This document shows, piece by piece, positions 1 through 9,795 of a DNA stretch of 64,000 nucleotides. A program made the position numbers and the translations under genes. The stretch spans positions 2,946 to 66,945 of the IMG/VR virus record IMGVR_UViG_3300035704_000007; one strand, given 5' to 3'. This stretch comes from a virus. The notes under the pieces are model-generated. The model saw only the letters and a list, made by a program, of their open reading frames with translations, was not told the DNA's origin and did no database searches. Within the stretch, counting starts at the first letter, position 1. Each line of letters opens with the position of its first letter.

Positions 1-158
1 TCCAGCACCGCGATCCGCTCGCCCCGCACTGCAGACAACTCCTTCAGCTCCTGCAGTGCGCCCTTGCGGACTTGGGCCACCACCGCCAGGCCGATCAGCG
101 CGAGGGCGATCAGGTTGACCAGGCCGGCAGCGCCCGAGATCCACGGCGGCAGCGACAT
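1..158 (-). CDS. Small membrane protein, holin candidate (runs off the window edge)
   Basis: ATG at 158 after AGGAG; MSLPPWISGAAGLVNLIALALIGLAVVAQVRKG has one hydrophobic helix; follows the peptidase gene. Confidence 0.45.
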   Translation of the reverse strand, partial: MSLPPWISGAAGLVNLIALALIGLAVVAQVRKGALQELKELSAVRGERIAVL

Positions 159-196
159 CGGCGCTCTCCTCGCCACGGCCAGAGTGGCTGACATCG

Positions 197-1225
197 CTAG
201 ATCGTCACCCGGCCGTTGGCGATCAGGCCCGAGGGCGTCGTCGCTTTCACCTCCACGATGGTTCCGGGTGGAACGAACTGTCCCGTGGACATGTGAAGGC
301 TCGCCAGCACCAGGCCGCCGTGATAGACGGCCGGTGCCGAAACCCCCAGGATCAGGCCCGGCTGCGGGAACGGCTGCGGCTGCGGCTGCGGGAACGGCTG
401 CGGCTGCGGCTGCGGGAACGGCTGCGGTTGAGGCTGCGGCTGCGGAGTGGGCGTCGGGGCGGGAGTGTTCCCGGCGTCAATGGCTAGATAGGCAAACACA
501 TAGCCGTTTTGCATGTTTTGCTGCAAAATGTAGGACCAGAGCACTTTGCAGAAGCCGCCATTGCCGAAACTCGGCCCCCAGTTGTTGAGGATGATCGCAT
601 AGCCCTGGCCGTCCGGCGCCGCCTCATCCGCTGTCGATCCCACTAAAGTTTGCTGATGATATCCCGTTGTGATCGATCCACGGCCGCAGACGGCGCCGAA
701 ATCGGACGGCAGCAGCATAGCGATGACACACGGATGGTTCGCCGCAACCGCTGCTTTCAGGGTGTCCTTAAACTGCTGCCCTACCTGCGGCGCGAACGAG
801 TAAGAAGCGATCTTATTCCCATAGCCGCCCGCCAGGAGCGGCGTGCCCCGGCTCTGCAGCTCCTGCAGCGCGGCGCGGGAATCAATGCCGTTCGTTCCGT
901 CACCACCGCAGTCTCGATAGAGCACGTGGCCGGCATACTCCGGTCCGCCGCCCCGATCGATGCTGTCCTCCAGATCCTTCATCGCACAGGAACTGAAGGC
1001 CACACAACTGGGCTCGGCACCTTGATCGTACACCCGGCGAACAAATGAAGACAGGTCGCTGGCGGGTGGCGTTCCGGCTTGGAGAATGGCGCCGATCTCC
1101 GGAACTCGCTCCATGGACCGATCCCGCGCGTCCGGCTGCAGCCGGACTGCGCCAGTCCCCTTCCAGTCAGGATGAGGCTGTACCAGCGTATTCAGAAAAG
1201 CCAGGTGCTCAGGCGTGAGAATCAA
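197..1225 (-). CDS. Papain-like (C1 family) cysteine peptidase with Pro/Gln linker; possible lysin
   Basis: DQGAEPSCVAFS catalytic Q/C motif, GYHQQTLVG His motif, ILNNWGPSFGNGGF Asn motif. Confidence 0.8.
   Translation of the reverse strand: MILTPEHLAFLNTLVQPHPDWKGTGAVRLQPDARDRSMERVPEIGAILQAGTPPASDLSSFVRRVYDQGAEPSCVAFSSCAMKDLEDSIDRGGGPEYAGHVLYRDCGGDGTNGIDSRAALQELQSRGTPLLAGGYGNKIASYSFAPQVGQQFKDTLKAAVAANHPCVIAMLLPSDFGAVCGRGSITTGYHQQTLVGSTADEAAPDGQGYAIILNNWGPSFGNGGFCKVLWSYILQQNMQNGYVFAYLAIDAGNTPAPTPTPQPQPQPQPFPQPQPQPFPQPQPQPFPQPGLILGVSAPAVYHGGLVLASLHMSTGQFVPPGTIVEVKATTPSGLIANGRVTI
360..431 (-). repeat. 24-nt tandem repeat (about 3 copies) encoding QPQPQPFP linker
   Basis: ggctgcgggaacggctgcggctgc repeated on the + strand. 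Confidence 0.85.
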
Positions 1226-1258
1226 GGATTACCCCCAGGAATTGACGAACGAAATAGT

Positions 1259-1861
1259 ATGAAATTCACCACCATCGAGCAAATATTGCAGCGCCTCGTC
1301 TCCCAGCCTCCGACGGTTCTTGAAACCGGCTGCATGGTCTGGCCAGGGGAGAGCGATGGGGCCGGTTATGGTCGCGCCACGCTGAACGGCAGGCGGGCCC
1401 GCGTCCATATCCTTATCGTTGAATCTCTTGTCTGTTCCATTCCCCCCGGCCATCATGTTCACCACCTGTGTAAGAACCGTGCCTGCGCTAACAGAGAACA
1501 TCTCGAATTGGTCAATACCAAAGAACATGGTGAGCGCCACCGAAAGCTATTCTGCCCCAAGGGACATCCCTACGCCACGGAAGGCCGTCCGCACAATGGC
1601 TCTCGGGATTGTCTGACCTGTCATCGCGAGCGCGAATACCGTCGCTCCCAAAAACAGAAGGAAACCCGTCAATATGTTCGAGGCCCCTATCAGATCAAGC
1701 AGCGACGGCGTCCCATGACACCCGAGAAGGTCCGCGAGGTTCGGCGCCTGGCGAGAACCGGGATGCGGTACACTGACGTTGGCCGCCTTCTCGATCTCTC
1801 GGTCAGCCATGTCAGTCAAATCGTCTCCCGTAAAAGTTGGGCTCATCTCAGCGACGGCTAG
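1259..1861 (+). CDS. HNH homing endonuclease with C-terminal Zn module and HTH
   Basis: GCMVW..GYGR..RARVH..HVHHLCKNRACANREHL; CPKGH..CLTC; antisense to its neighbours. Confidence 0.85.
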   Translation: MKFTTIEQILQRLVSQPPTVLETGCMVWPGESDGAGYGRATLNGRRARVHILIVESLVCSIPPGHHVHHLCKNRACANREHLELVNTKEHGERHRKLFCPKGHPYATEGRPHNGSRDCLTCHREREYRRSQKQKETRQYVRGPYQIKQRRRPMTPEKVREVRRLARTGMRYTDVGRLLDLSVSHVSQIVSRKSWAHLSDG

Positions 1862-1888
1862 TTCTCTTCCCACCCCTCTCCAGGGGGT

Positions 1889-1924
1889 GCCGGCTGCCGG
1901 CGAAGGAGAACGCCGGCAGCCGGC
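1889..1924. terminator. Perfect 14-bp GC-rich hairpin between convergent genes
   Basis: gccggctgccggcg-aaggagaa-cgccggcagccggc. Confidence 0.55.
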
Positions 1925-1966
1925 CGAGACGCGCCATCCAATCAGGGATTGCTAATGAAACAGCGC

Positions 1967-2344
1967 CTAGATCGCCGTTCCGTTATCAGTGTGCCTGTTG
2001 ATTACCCGTGTTGTCAAGTACCCGATCCCTGGATAGTGCTCTCGGGAAATGAGCTTTTGCATGGCACTATAGCTGCACCCTGCCTCCCGGGCGAGCGCCC
2101 TGATGGTGACACCCCCGGCGGCATAGCGCGCCCGGTACCGCTCCGCTTCCTCGGTGCCAAAGGAGGCGTTGGGAGCGTCCGCGCCGCACGGGTTCACCGC
2201 CAGCGCCGCCATTCGAGCGACAGCGGCCCCCAGTTGAAATCCCAGCCGTCCCGCCAGCGCGTTCGCTCCGTGAGCCAGTACAGCGGCGAGAACCAGATCA
2301 CCAGCGTCAGCCCCCAGCGACCGCCGCTGACGTCTGCCGCCCAC
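1967..2344 (-). CDS. Small protein with C-terminal HTH (start uncertain)
   Basis: RARYAAGGVTIRALAREAGCSYSAMQKLISRE. Confidence 0.45.
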   Translation of the reverse strand: MGGRRQRRSLGADAGDLVLAAVLAHGANALAGRLGFQLGAAVARMAALAVNPCGADAPNASFGTEEAERYRARYAAGGVTIRALAREAGCSYSAMQKLISREHYPGIGYLTTRVINRHTDNGTAI

Positions 2345-2359
2345 CAGCCGCGCCCGTGG

Positions 2360-2557
2360 TCATTGGCGATCATCGTTCTTCTCCTTTCGGCGTCGCATCT
2401 CGGCTCTGATTGCCGCTCGCCGCCGCCGCCGCCGCCGCAACTGCTGCCCGGAGAGCGGCCCGGTCGGGGCAGCCAGGGCCGCCAGCTCGTGGCGCAGGGC
2501 GTAATCCGATTTCTCGGTCAAGAGGTCGCGAGCCGTCCAGAGGCATTTTTGCGTCAT
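2360..2557 (-). CDS. Hypothetical basic protein
   Basis: ATGA coupling to the methyltransferase gene. Confidence 0.45.
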   Translation of the reverse strand: MTQKCLWTARDLLTEKSDYALRHELAALAAPTGPLSGQQLRRRRRRRAAIRAEMRRRKEKNDDRQ

Positions 2558-3345
2558 GGCGTCATTGCCTCACCAATGAAAAATGTGTAAGCAGGAGGAA
2601 TCGCCTGAGCTAATTCGTCGCGGGTCATCCACGTAATATTCATTGCTCGCCGCCAGGCCGCAACCCCATCCTCGGGACGGCGGCGGATCAATTGCCCGTT
2701 AGTCCGGTCGCGAAGTCCGCTGTTACCCCCGCCCGCAACAGTCACGAAGCCGTCGCGGCCCACGCGCGCTCCTCTGGCCTGGCTTCGCTCTCCGTGTCCG
2801 TGAACGCTGACAAACCCTTCTTTGCCGATAACGGCGCCCCGCTCGGCCAGCGGTCTCCAGCAGCCTCCGGAGACGACGGTGCAGAACCCGTCGCTCCCCG
2901 CCTGATAATCGCCGTGCGCCAGATGAGGCGGCGCCAGGACCAGGCGGCTCGTCTCAAACAGCCGGTGCCGGAACACCTTGAGCCCGAACATCAACCCGCA
3001 GAGCATGACCGGGTTCTCCAGCGGCGCCCCGACGACGTTCTCGATCACCCAGGGGCAGCCGCTCGCCCGCAGCAGCGCCCGCACCGGCGCGACGAGATCG
3101 GGATACGTAAGACGCGCGGCGGCAGGCGTCGCGGCCGAAAACTTCTGACAGGGCGGTGAGCAGTGGATGAGATCGAAGTCGCCCGGCCTGACGGCCGCCA
3201 GAAACTCCAGGGCGTCCCCCTGCTGAAAACAGAATGGATAATTTCGCTGCGGGGCATGATCGATGCCCAATATGTCAGTGAACCCGGCGCGATGGTACCC
3301 TACGGCGGCCCCTCCCGCGCCTGAAAAGCAATCAAGCAGTCTCAT
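2554..3345 (-). CDS. DNA (cytosine-5) methyltransferase, short phage type
   Basis: Motif I LDCFSGAGG, motif IV SPPCQ, motif VI IENV, C-terminal QAIPP. Confidence 0.85.
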   Translation of the reverse strand: MRLLDCFSGAGGAAVGYHRAGFTDILGIDHAPQRNYPFCFQQGDALEFLAAVRPGDFDLIHCSPPCQKFSAATPAAARLTYPDLVAPVRALLRASGCPWVIENVVGAPLENPVMLCGLMFGLKVFRHRLFETSRLVLAPPHLAHGDYQAGSDGFCTVVSGGCWRPLAERGAVIGKEGFVSVHGHGERSQARGARVGRDGFVTVAGGGNSGLRDRTNGQLIRRRPEDGVAAWRRAMNITWMTRDELAQAIPPAYTFFIGEAMTP

Positions 3346-4115
3346 AGCGCCACTCCCTCCCCCAAAAACCTCCGCAGGCGCCGGATGGCCTGTCGGTGAT
3401 ACTGGTGCGAGCGCGACTCCGAGCGGTCCAGCCGGCCGGCAATGGCTTTCAGCGTCAGCCCCTCCTCGTAATAGGCCCGAATGACCTCCCGCTCCGTCGC
3501 CGGCAGCCAGCGCACCGCCTGCCAGAGGATCTCGCTCTCGTTGTCCAAGAGGGCGATCGCGTCGGGGCCGGGTGCCGGATCGGCCACCTGCTCGCCGACC
3601 CGCAAGGGGTCGAAGTCGGCATCCGGGTCGGCCTGGTTGATGAGCGCGTCGAGCGAGACCACGCTGCGACCCTTCGCCTGCCGCTGCAAAGCCTGGAGCG
3701 CCTCCAGGTCGAGCCCGAGGTGGGCGGCCGTCTCTGCGTCCTCGGGTTCCCTCCCGAGCGCGTGTACGAGGCTGTCAGCGGCTTGAGCGAGCACTTTCTG
3801 CTTCGTCCGCACCGAGCGGGGCGTCCAATCCTCCGCCCGTAAATATTCGAGCATCGCGCCCCGGATCATCGAGATACAAAAACTGCTGAACTTGACGCCC
3901 CGCGCCGGCTCGAACCTGTCGACCGCCCGGACGACGGCGATCATCCCTTCGGTCTGCAGGTCCTCCGGGTCGATGCGGACCGGCACGCGCGGGATCACGC
4001 GCGGGATCGTCAGGCGGACCAGGGGCAGGTGCGCCTCGATCAGCGTGGTGCGCGCCTGCTGGCAGTCGTGCGTTTTCAGGGCGTCCCAGAGGGGAGCGGT
4101 GTCAGCCGGTGTCAT
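3342..4115 (-). CDS. RNA polymerase sigma factor, FliA/WhiG (sigma-28)-like
   Basis: EDLQTEGMIAVVRAVDRFEPARGVKFSSF..IRGAMLEYLRAEDWTPRSVR; region 4 YYEEGLTLKAIA..SESR. Confidence 0.9.
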   Translation of the reverse strand: MTPADTAPLWDALKTHDCQQARTTLIEAHLPLVRLTIPRVIPRVPVRIDPEDLQTEGMIAVVRAVDRFEPARGVKFSSFCISMIRGAMLEYLRAEDWTPRSVRTKQKVLAQAADSLVHALGREPEDAETAAHLGLDLEALQALQRQAKGRSVVSLDALINQADPDADFDPLRVGEQVADPAPGPDAIALLDNESEILWQAVRWLPATEREVIRAYYEEGLTLKAIAGRLDRSESRSHQYHRQAIRRLRRFLGEGVAL

Positions 4116-4347
4116 GATCCTCGAATTGCGAACACCATCTTCTGACGGTCGAAAGCGCGGCGCCATATTGCCGCGCTAGCTGCGCTTGCGTGCCTTCACC
4201 GAGCAGCCAGCGCAGGGCGACCTCCTGGCGCGTCTCCGCGGAGCGGGGCGGGGCCCAGTGCCGCGCCGCCCCCCCGGCCCGTCCCGCTTCCCGGTGCGAA
4301 AGGCCGCGCCTCCCTTTCGTCTGCCAGCGCCGGCCACCCTGCTGCAT
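4102..4347 (-). CDS. Small HTH protein
   Basis: TQAQLARQYGAALSTVRRW. Confidence 0.55.
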   Translation of the reverse strand: MQQGGRRWQTKGRRGLSHREAGRAGGAARHWAPPRSAETRQEVALRWLLGEGTQAQLARQYGAALSTVRRWCSQFEDHDTG

Positions 4348-4586
4348 CAGTCAGCCTCCTGCAGCGCCGCTTCCAGCGCTTTGATCGCTCGGCCGAGAAC
4401 CGCGTCATTCTCGGCAACCTGTGCCTCCGTCATGTCGCGCCGCCGCCCGAAATCGCTGATAACATCCGCCATCCGCAGCCAGCCGAGCCATTCGAGCGCG
4501 TCCTCGGCGGCGTCCCGCAGCGCCTGGTCCGGACCGGTCCCAATGGCAGCTTCCGTCTCGGTCATCACTTGCCTCCTAAATCCCAC
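4347..4586 (-). CDS. Hypothetical protein
   Basis: Operon-packed ORF with stop/start overlap. Confidence 0.5.
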   Translation of the reverse strand: MGFRRQVMTETEAAIGTGPDQALRDAAEDALEWLGWLRMADVISDFGRRRDMTEAQVAENDAVLGRAIKALEAALQEAD

Positions 4587-5039
4587 GCCAATCGTCCCCC
4601 TCCTCGTCTTCCTCCTCGTCCGCCAGCAGCCGGCCCAGCGCCGAGAGCAGCAGCGCCAGCACGATCAGCGCGAGGAGCGCGGCCAGGCAGAGGGTGGTCA
4701 AGGTTCTCCCTCCAGCGCCGCATAGCACCGGGCGCAGAGCGGCTGGGTAAAATTCATTGCCTGCTCCTTATGTTTGCTCACTTATCGGCCAACCGCTCTC
4801 CCGCCGCGGCAATCCGCTCGCCCACCGCCGTCTGGGCTTCCACCGCCGCGGTCAGCTCCGCCAGCCCCGCCTCGATCCTCTGCTGCCCGGCCGCGAGCCG
4901 CTCACCCACCAGCGCCACTCGCTCCAGCACCCGCGCGATCTCCGGTAGCCCCTCGCCGTGCCAGGCGCCTTCCGCCGCGCTGGCGATGTCGGCGAGCGCC
5001 TCGGCGATCCACTCGGCGCCGCGCAGAGGGCGCTCTCGA

Positions 5040-5300
5040 TCAGGCACCGCTGCCTCGCTGGCGCTGCCGGATCTCGCCTTGCTCCGAGAGATGGAAGCGG
5101 GGCTCGCTGTCTCCCGCCGGCCAGCGGATCGCCAGGTCGCCCCGGTCGAACGCCTCGACCAGCCCGGCATCGATCCGCGCCTGGTGCAGCCAACCCGTGA
5201 CGCGCTCGATTTCGTCCTCCTGCATCCCTTCCGGCGCACCGAGGATAACCTGATAAAGCAGTTCCTTGTGTTCGTCGTCGCTCATCCGTAGGGGTCTCAT
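5040..5300 (-). CDS. Hypothetical protein
   Basis: RBS-like AAGGGAAG upstream; typical codon pattern. Confidence 0.5.
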   Translation of the reverse strand: MRPLRMSDDEHKELLYQVILGAPEGMQEDEIERVTGWLHQARIDAGLVEAFDRGDLAIRWPAGDSEPRFHLSEQGEIRQRQRGSGA

Positions 5301-5369
5301 GCTGGCTTCCCTTCTTCGTAATGCTTTAGATCGCCCCCAACCGGCCTACCGCCTCCCGGCTTCCCTTCA

Positions 5370-5557
5370 TGCGCGCGCGCGTACTTAGGCTCTACTATAC
5401 GCGCGCGCACGTGCCACCCGAAAACAGCGTACACAGCGTACACTCGTACACTCGTACACGCAAAGCCCCCCCTGATTGCTTGAGTGTACGCTGTGTACGC
5501 TGTTCACGCTGTGTACGCTGTTCATCCTGTTGCTCCTGTTGACGCTGTGTACGCTTT
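5370..5557. repeat. Probable replication origin: 9-bp iteron-like repeats with a perfect 23-bp inverted repeat
   Basis: AACAGCGTACACAGCGTACACTC (5423-5445) is the reverse complement of 5482-5504; further (C)GCTGTGTAC copies; directly downstream of the replication ATPase. Confidence 0.65.
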
Positions 5558-5560
5558 TTC

Positions 5561-6826
5561 TCATTTCTCTCTCACCTCTCTCTCTTCTTCAGAGGGGAAA
5601 GCCAGATCGTAAGAGCCGTTCTTCCGCGTCAGGTCGCCGTCGCGGAACATTTTCAGCATGAGGCTGCGCGTCGTCCCGGCGTTCTTCTCCAGGATGTCGG
5701 CCACGTCTTTGGGCGGCAGGGCACCCTTGCGGGCAATCAGTTCGCGGATCTCGAACCGCTCCGGGCTCCGCTGCGTGTCCTCGAACTCGCCCTCTAAAAC
5801 CCAGATCATCGCCGCTTCGTCCCACTTCAGCGCCAGGTCGCAATCCTGTACGTCGCGCCCGGTTCCCCGCAGCCGCGCCTCAGAGGAACCCCGCGCCCGC
5901 TCAAAGAGCAGGGTCGCATCGGCCGCGCCCGTCAGTCCCACCGAACCGGAAACGCCGTGCGACCAATCGCCCCAGTCCTCTTTTTTATTGGTGTGGTGGG
6001 CGATCAGGAGAGAAATCTCGAAGTCAATGGCGATCCGCAGCAGTGAGCGGCCTAGCTCATAATCCTCCTGGTAGACGCCGCTGCTCTTTTGGCCCACCTG
6101 GCCACTACGGAACGCGGCGAGCGTGTCGATTGCCACGAGGCGCGTCCGCGGATGATCTGTCAACCAGGCGCGCAGCTCCACCAGTCCACCCGCCGAGATT
6201 GAAGGCCATTCGGGGTAGATGTGCAGATCCTCCGGCGCCGGAGTGCCGCCGAGGATTTCGAGAAGCCGCTGCTGCAGCCGCCGGTCGTTGTCTTCCAATG
6301 CCAGATACAGCGCCTCACCCTGCTCCACGCGGATCTTGCCGAGCGCCATGCCTCCCGACGCGACGGCGAGCGTCGTATCATAGAGGAACCGGGATTTGCC
6401 CTTCTTCTGGCCCCCAGCCAGGATCGTCAAGCCCTGCGGGACGATCCGGGGAACCGCCCATTTCTGCTCTGCGATCACCATCCGTTCCAGGTCCTTCGCC
6501 GTGTAGCCGCGTATCGCTGGCCGGAAAGCCTCTGACTCATCAGCTTTCCCGTTACTCGGCGGCGGTGAGCGGGCCAGCGCTTTCGCTTGTGGTGCGGTGC
6601 TGTTAGGCGCCGCTCGTCCATTGCTGCCCAAAGCGATCCGCACCCCCTCACGGATCGCTGCCTCACTGCAGTGGGCCGCGCAGATGGGCTCGAACGTGCT
6701 GCTCGTCAGGGGTTTCAGTTGCAGCGTCGGTCCGTGGCACGCGGGACAAGTGCCCCGCCATACCAACCCGTCGAAGTCCAGATCGTGAATAACGCTCTCG
6801 AATAGCGCGAGCTTGTCTGCCTTCAC
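5561..6826 (-). CDS. Replication protein: N-terminal Zn finger plus AAA_25/RepA-like helicase
   Basis: CPACH..CAAHC; Walker A AGGQKKGKS; YLALED; Walker B LVAIDT; HHTNK; SGSVGLTGAAD. Confidence 0.85.
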   Translation of the reverse strand: MKADKLALFESVIHDLDFDGLVWRGTCPACHGPTLQLKPLTSSTFEPICAAHCSEAAIREGVRIALGSNGRAAPNSTAPQAKALARSPPPSNGKADESEAFRPAIRGYTAKDLERMVIAEQKWAVPRIVPQGLTILAGGQKKGKSRFLYDTTLAVASGGMALGKIRVEQGEALYLALEDNDRRLQQRLLEILGGTPAPEDLHIYPEWPSISAGGLVELRAWLTDHPRTRLVAIDTLAAFRSGQVGQKSSGVYQEDYELGRSLLRIAIDFEISLLIAHHTNKKEDWGDWSHGVSGSVGLTGAADATLLFERARGSSEARLRGTGRDVQDCDLALKWDEAAMIWVLEGEFEDTQRSPERFEIRELIARKGALPPKDVADILEKNAGTTRSLMLKMFRDGDLTRKNGSYDLAFPSEEEREVREK

Positions 6827-6828
6827 GC

Positions 6829-7095
6829 CTAATCACCCCCATCAGGCAACTCGCTCGCCGGCCGCGGCTTCGGACGGTGCGCCAGGAAGTTCATCAGCGC
6901 CGTCTTCGGGATCAACCACTTCCCCCTCACCTTCTTCCCCGGTATCTCCCCGGAATGGAGCCAATCATAGACCGTCTGCACGTGGACTCCGAGCATCTCA
7001 GCGGCCTCGCTGGCGGTGAAAACCCATGGCATCGCGACCGGCCTCCGTGGCGAAAAAGGCTTGCTGATGAACCGTTCCCGAGGGGTAAATGGCAA
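6829..7095 (-). CDS. Excisionase-like HTH DNA-binding protein
   Basis: FTASEAAEMLGVHVQTVYDWLHSGEIPGKKVRGKWLIP; TTG start after GAGGAGG. Confidence 0.8.
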   Translation of the reverse strand: MPFTPRERFISKPFSPRRPVAMPWVFTASEAAEMLGVHVQTVYDWLHSGEIPGKKVRGKWLIPKTALMNFLAHRPKPRPASELPDGGD

Positions 7096-7281
7096 TTCCT
7101 CCTCGCGACTCGCGGCGACTCGGAACATCGATAAATCCCTGCAAATCCCTCAGTGTAAAAAAGATGGCTCGCTTGAGGAGGAAACGGGAGAGACGACGGC
7201 GAATGGCATCGCTGGCAACGATAAGCCGTCCCGCACGGCGCCCCGCCGGTTCCTCGCAAGACCCGGCGGGGCTTCCTCGCT

Positions 7282-7899
7282 TTAGGCTTCGGCAGCCGCT
7301 TTCTCGCCGGCCATTCGGCCTTTCCCATCGGCCACGCACAAGACCACCCCGCCGAACCTCTGGCGAGCGGCCGCCGCCACGCTCGCCGGCACCTCAAGCC
7401 CGCACTCCGCGCAGAACTGCGGCTCGGCCCCGTGCCCGGAGGCGGCGGCGTCACCGGGTGAGTCCGTGGTCCGCGCAACTCGTTCCTCGCGGTAGGTGTC
7501 GGCCTTGCCTTCGTGGCGGGCGAGGGGGCGAGCCGGCGACTCGTCGGCGTCAGGGCCGAGTTCATCGACCGAAGCCATCGCTACGTTTGTTGCAAAGCGT
7601 AGCATACGAGCGATCGCTCTAGTTTCCGCGTGACGGAGAAAAGCGCCCCGCATCTGGCTGTTGCTGGGGTTTGCATCTCCCACGGCGGAAAAGCACGCCA
7701 TGCCGGCCTCGGTACAGAAAGTCCCCGTGGCCTGCACGACCCAGGACTGCTCCTTGGGATCACAGAACTCGGAGAGTATCTGCGTCTCGATCCCGTGCAG
7801 CCCCCGGTTGTGTCCGAGATCGAGTAGCCCGGCAAGTAGCACGAACTCCTTCGGGCCGTTTTTGGTGTTCAACTTGATGACAAAACGAGGATCGATCAC
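7282..7899 (-). CDS. Putative single-strand annealing/recombination protein
   Basis: GDA..AETRAIARMLR..ASVDEL resembles Rad52/Erf-like phage proteins; C-terminal CAECG Zn motif; family is inferred. Confidence 0.45.
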   Translation of the reverse strand: MIDPRFVIKLNTKNGPKEFVLLAGLLDLGHNRGLHGIETQILSEFCDPKEQSWVVQATGTFCTEAGMACFSAVGDANPSNSQMRGAFLRHAETRAIARMLRFATNVAMASVDELGPDADESPARPLARHEGKADTYREERVARTTDSPGDAAASGHGAEPQFCAECGLEVPASVAAAARQRFGGVVLCVADGKGRMAGEKAAAEA

Positions 7900-8020
7900 G
7901 ATACTTCTCCTTGCTCTTCAGAAATCGATTCTGACCGTGCAGAATCGCCCAACCTGGGCGTTCAGGGCTCTCCCCGCGCTTTCGTGCCAACCCCGCCCAA
8001 AGCCCCGCTCATTCGGCGTC

Positions 8021-8314
8021 CTAGAACACCTCCGCCGAGAGCCAATCTGACAGTGACTGCCACTGCTCCGCAGTCAGCCCGGAGAGCGCCGCCGGCACCG
8101 GGCGCCTGAGCCGCAGGAGCGTCACCGGATCGCAGGCCACCGCCCGCGCCAGCAGCACCACCGAGCGGCAGGAGGGCGGCTGCATCTCCCCGGTCTCCAA
8201 TTTCGAGACGTAGCTGTGGCTCAAGCCGGCCGCGTCTCCGACAGCGCGCTGCGACAGTCCCCGCGCGCGCCGCGCCTGGCGCAGCGCCGCTCCAAACCCC
8301 GTCGTCTCGCTCAT
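8021..8314 (-). CDS. XRE-family HTH regulator
   Basis: FGAALRQARRARGLSQRAVGDAAGLSHSYVSKLETG. Confidence 0.85.
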   Translation of the reverse strand: MSETTGFGAALRQARRARGLSQRAVGDAAGLSHSYVSKLETGEMQPPSCRSVVLLARAVACDPVTLLRLRRPVPAALSGLTAEQWQSLSDWLSAEVF

Positions 8315-8535
8315 CGCGCTCTCTCCTCGCTCTCGCGGACGGCGGCAATCGCCGCTGCCGCGGCCTCCAGGTATTCCGCCGAAGGGTCTTTGCGGATTTC
8401 CTGTCCGCGCCGGTAGGTGCGCCACACCTCGGCCTTCAGGGCCGCCGGCACGAGCCGCCAGTGGGCCAAACACATGAACATGCGCGCCGGGACCGGTTTC
8501 TGGCATCCGAGCGCGTGGCAGCGATGCTCGCTCAT
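8311..8535 (-). CDS. Small Cys/His protein
   Basis: HRCHALGC..MCLAHW; ATGA coupling. Confidence 0.6.
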   Translation of the reverse strand: MSEHRCHALGCQKPVPARMFMCLAHWRLVPAALKAEVWRTYRRGQEIRKDPSAEYLEAAAAAIAAVRESEERAR

Positions 8536-9187
8536 GGCTGTCTCTCCGGCGGCCGATAGCCCAGCTCCTTGGCTCGCTCCTCGGTCAGCCCGAGCCAGCC
8601 GAGCCGCCGCTCCCAGTCCGCGGCCGCCCAGGCCCGCCGCCGCTCCCGGCCCTCCTCGGTCACCGGCGCTCCCGGTGGGCCGAAAGCGCGCAAGAAACCC
8701 CGCAAGAGCGCCAACTCACCCCGGTCGGCCGCCGATAACCCGCGCCTCATCGGTTGTTCTCCTCGGCCGCCCGGTCGCGCTCCCGCCAATAGCCATCGAT
8801 CTCCTGCAATTGCCGCACTCGCCGCAGCGCCTCATCAACGTCCGGCTCGAGCCCCGCCCGCCGCCGCCGCTCCTCGCTCGCGCGCTTCAACGCCGCGATC
8901 TCCGCCTGCTCTGTGGTCATCGTCGTTTCTCCTTCCGTTCGCTCGCCACCAGCACCGCCGAGACCGCCGCGAACCAGAGGAAGAAGGCCAGGGCCAGCAG
9001 CCCGAGGAAGAGGGTCATCGCTCCTCCTCCCGCACGAGCGCCAGCAGCTCCGACCGGGTGATCCGCAGGGCTTTGCCCTCCGGCGTCTCCCCCAGGTAGC
9101 TTGGATGCCGTGAGAGGAGGACCGCAGCCCGCAAGATGACGCGCTCCTCGCGTTCGCGGCGGGCCGCTTCTTTCAGGGATTGCTCTC

Positions 9188-9769
9188 TCATGGCTTCACC
9201 AGATCGACGCTGAACCGGCCGAAGGGTCCGCTCTTGCTCGGTCGAAAGTCGCCGACGCCGATAATGGCTCCCGCCAGGTCGAAGACCTGTTGGATCATCT
9301 CGGGGTTCAAGAGCATTGGTTCATATTGAAACTCAACCGTCGTCGCCCACTGCGGCAGCTTCGGACGGGATCGGCTGATCCCCTGGCGCTGCACGACGGC
9401 GCGGCGGATATCGATCTCATACTCCCGCAGCGGGTGCCCGGTTTCCGGGTGATATAACGGCGCTGACTCCTCAATGGCGAACAGGGCTGCCGAGAGAATT
9501 AGCCGGGCAGCCTTCTTCTCGATCTTCTGCCCCGCCGCTGCCGCCAGGATCGCCGAGCGGAAATGCGTTGTCGGCAGATACAGTTGACCCGAGGGCAGCC
9601 GGTAGCAGCCTGCTTCCGCCTCCTCTTCCGGCGATGGAATGACCTTCGGACCGATGCCGGTCTCTTTCCGCCGCGCCATTCCGGCGGGGTTGTGCATCAA
9701 GAGCCCCGCGCCGTGAACGCCCGTCACCTCGAACCGCACTAACCGCAGATCCCCATAATGACTCGCCAT
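9188..9769 (-). CDS. Stand-alone Cas7/RAMP-like RNA-binding protein
   Basis: N-terminal strand VRFEVTG..LLMHN; YLPTTHFRSAI helix; RSRP..W; C-terminal Gly-rich loop AGAIIGVGDFRPSKSGPFGRFSV; RBS AAGGAG. Fold is inferred from motifs. Confidence 0.7.
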   Translation of the reverse strand: MASHYGDLRLVRFEVTGVHGAGLLMHNPAGMARRKETGIGPKVIPSPEEEAEAGCYRLPSGQLYLPTTHFRSAILAAAAGQKIEKKAARLILSAALFAIEESAPLYHPETGHPLREYEIDIRRAVVQRQGISRSRPKLPQWATTVEFQYEPMLLNPEMIQQVFDLAGAIIGVGDFRPSKSGPFGRFSVDLVKP

Positions 9770-9795
9770 TGTTCACTCCTTGACTGGCTGAGAAG

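Noticed and set aside
3948-3990. Gapped match of tract B to the FliA-like gene (RIDPEDL)
   Set aside because: About half the dinucleotides match; not distinguishable from chance without a statistical test
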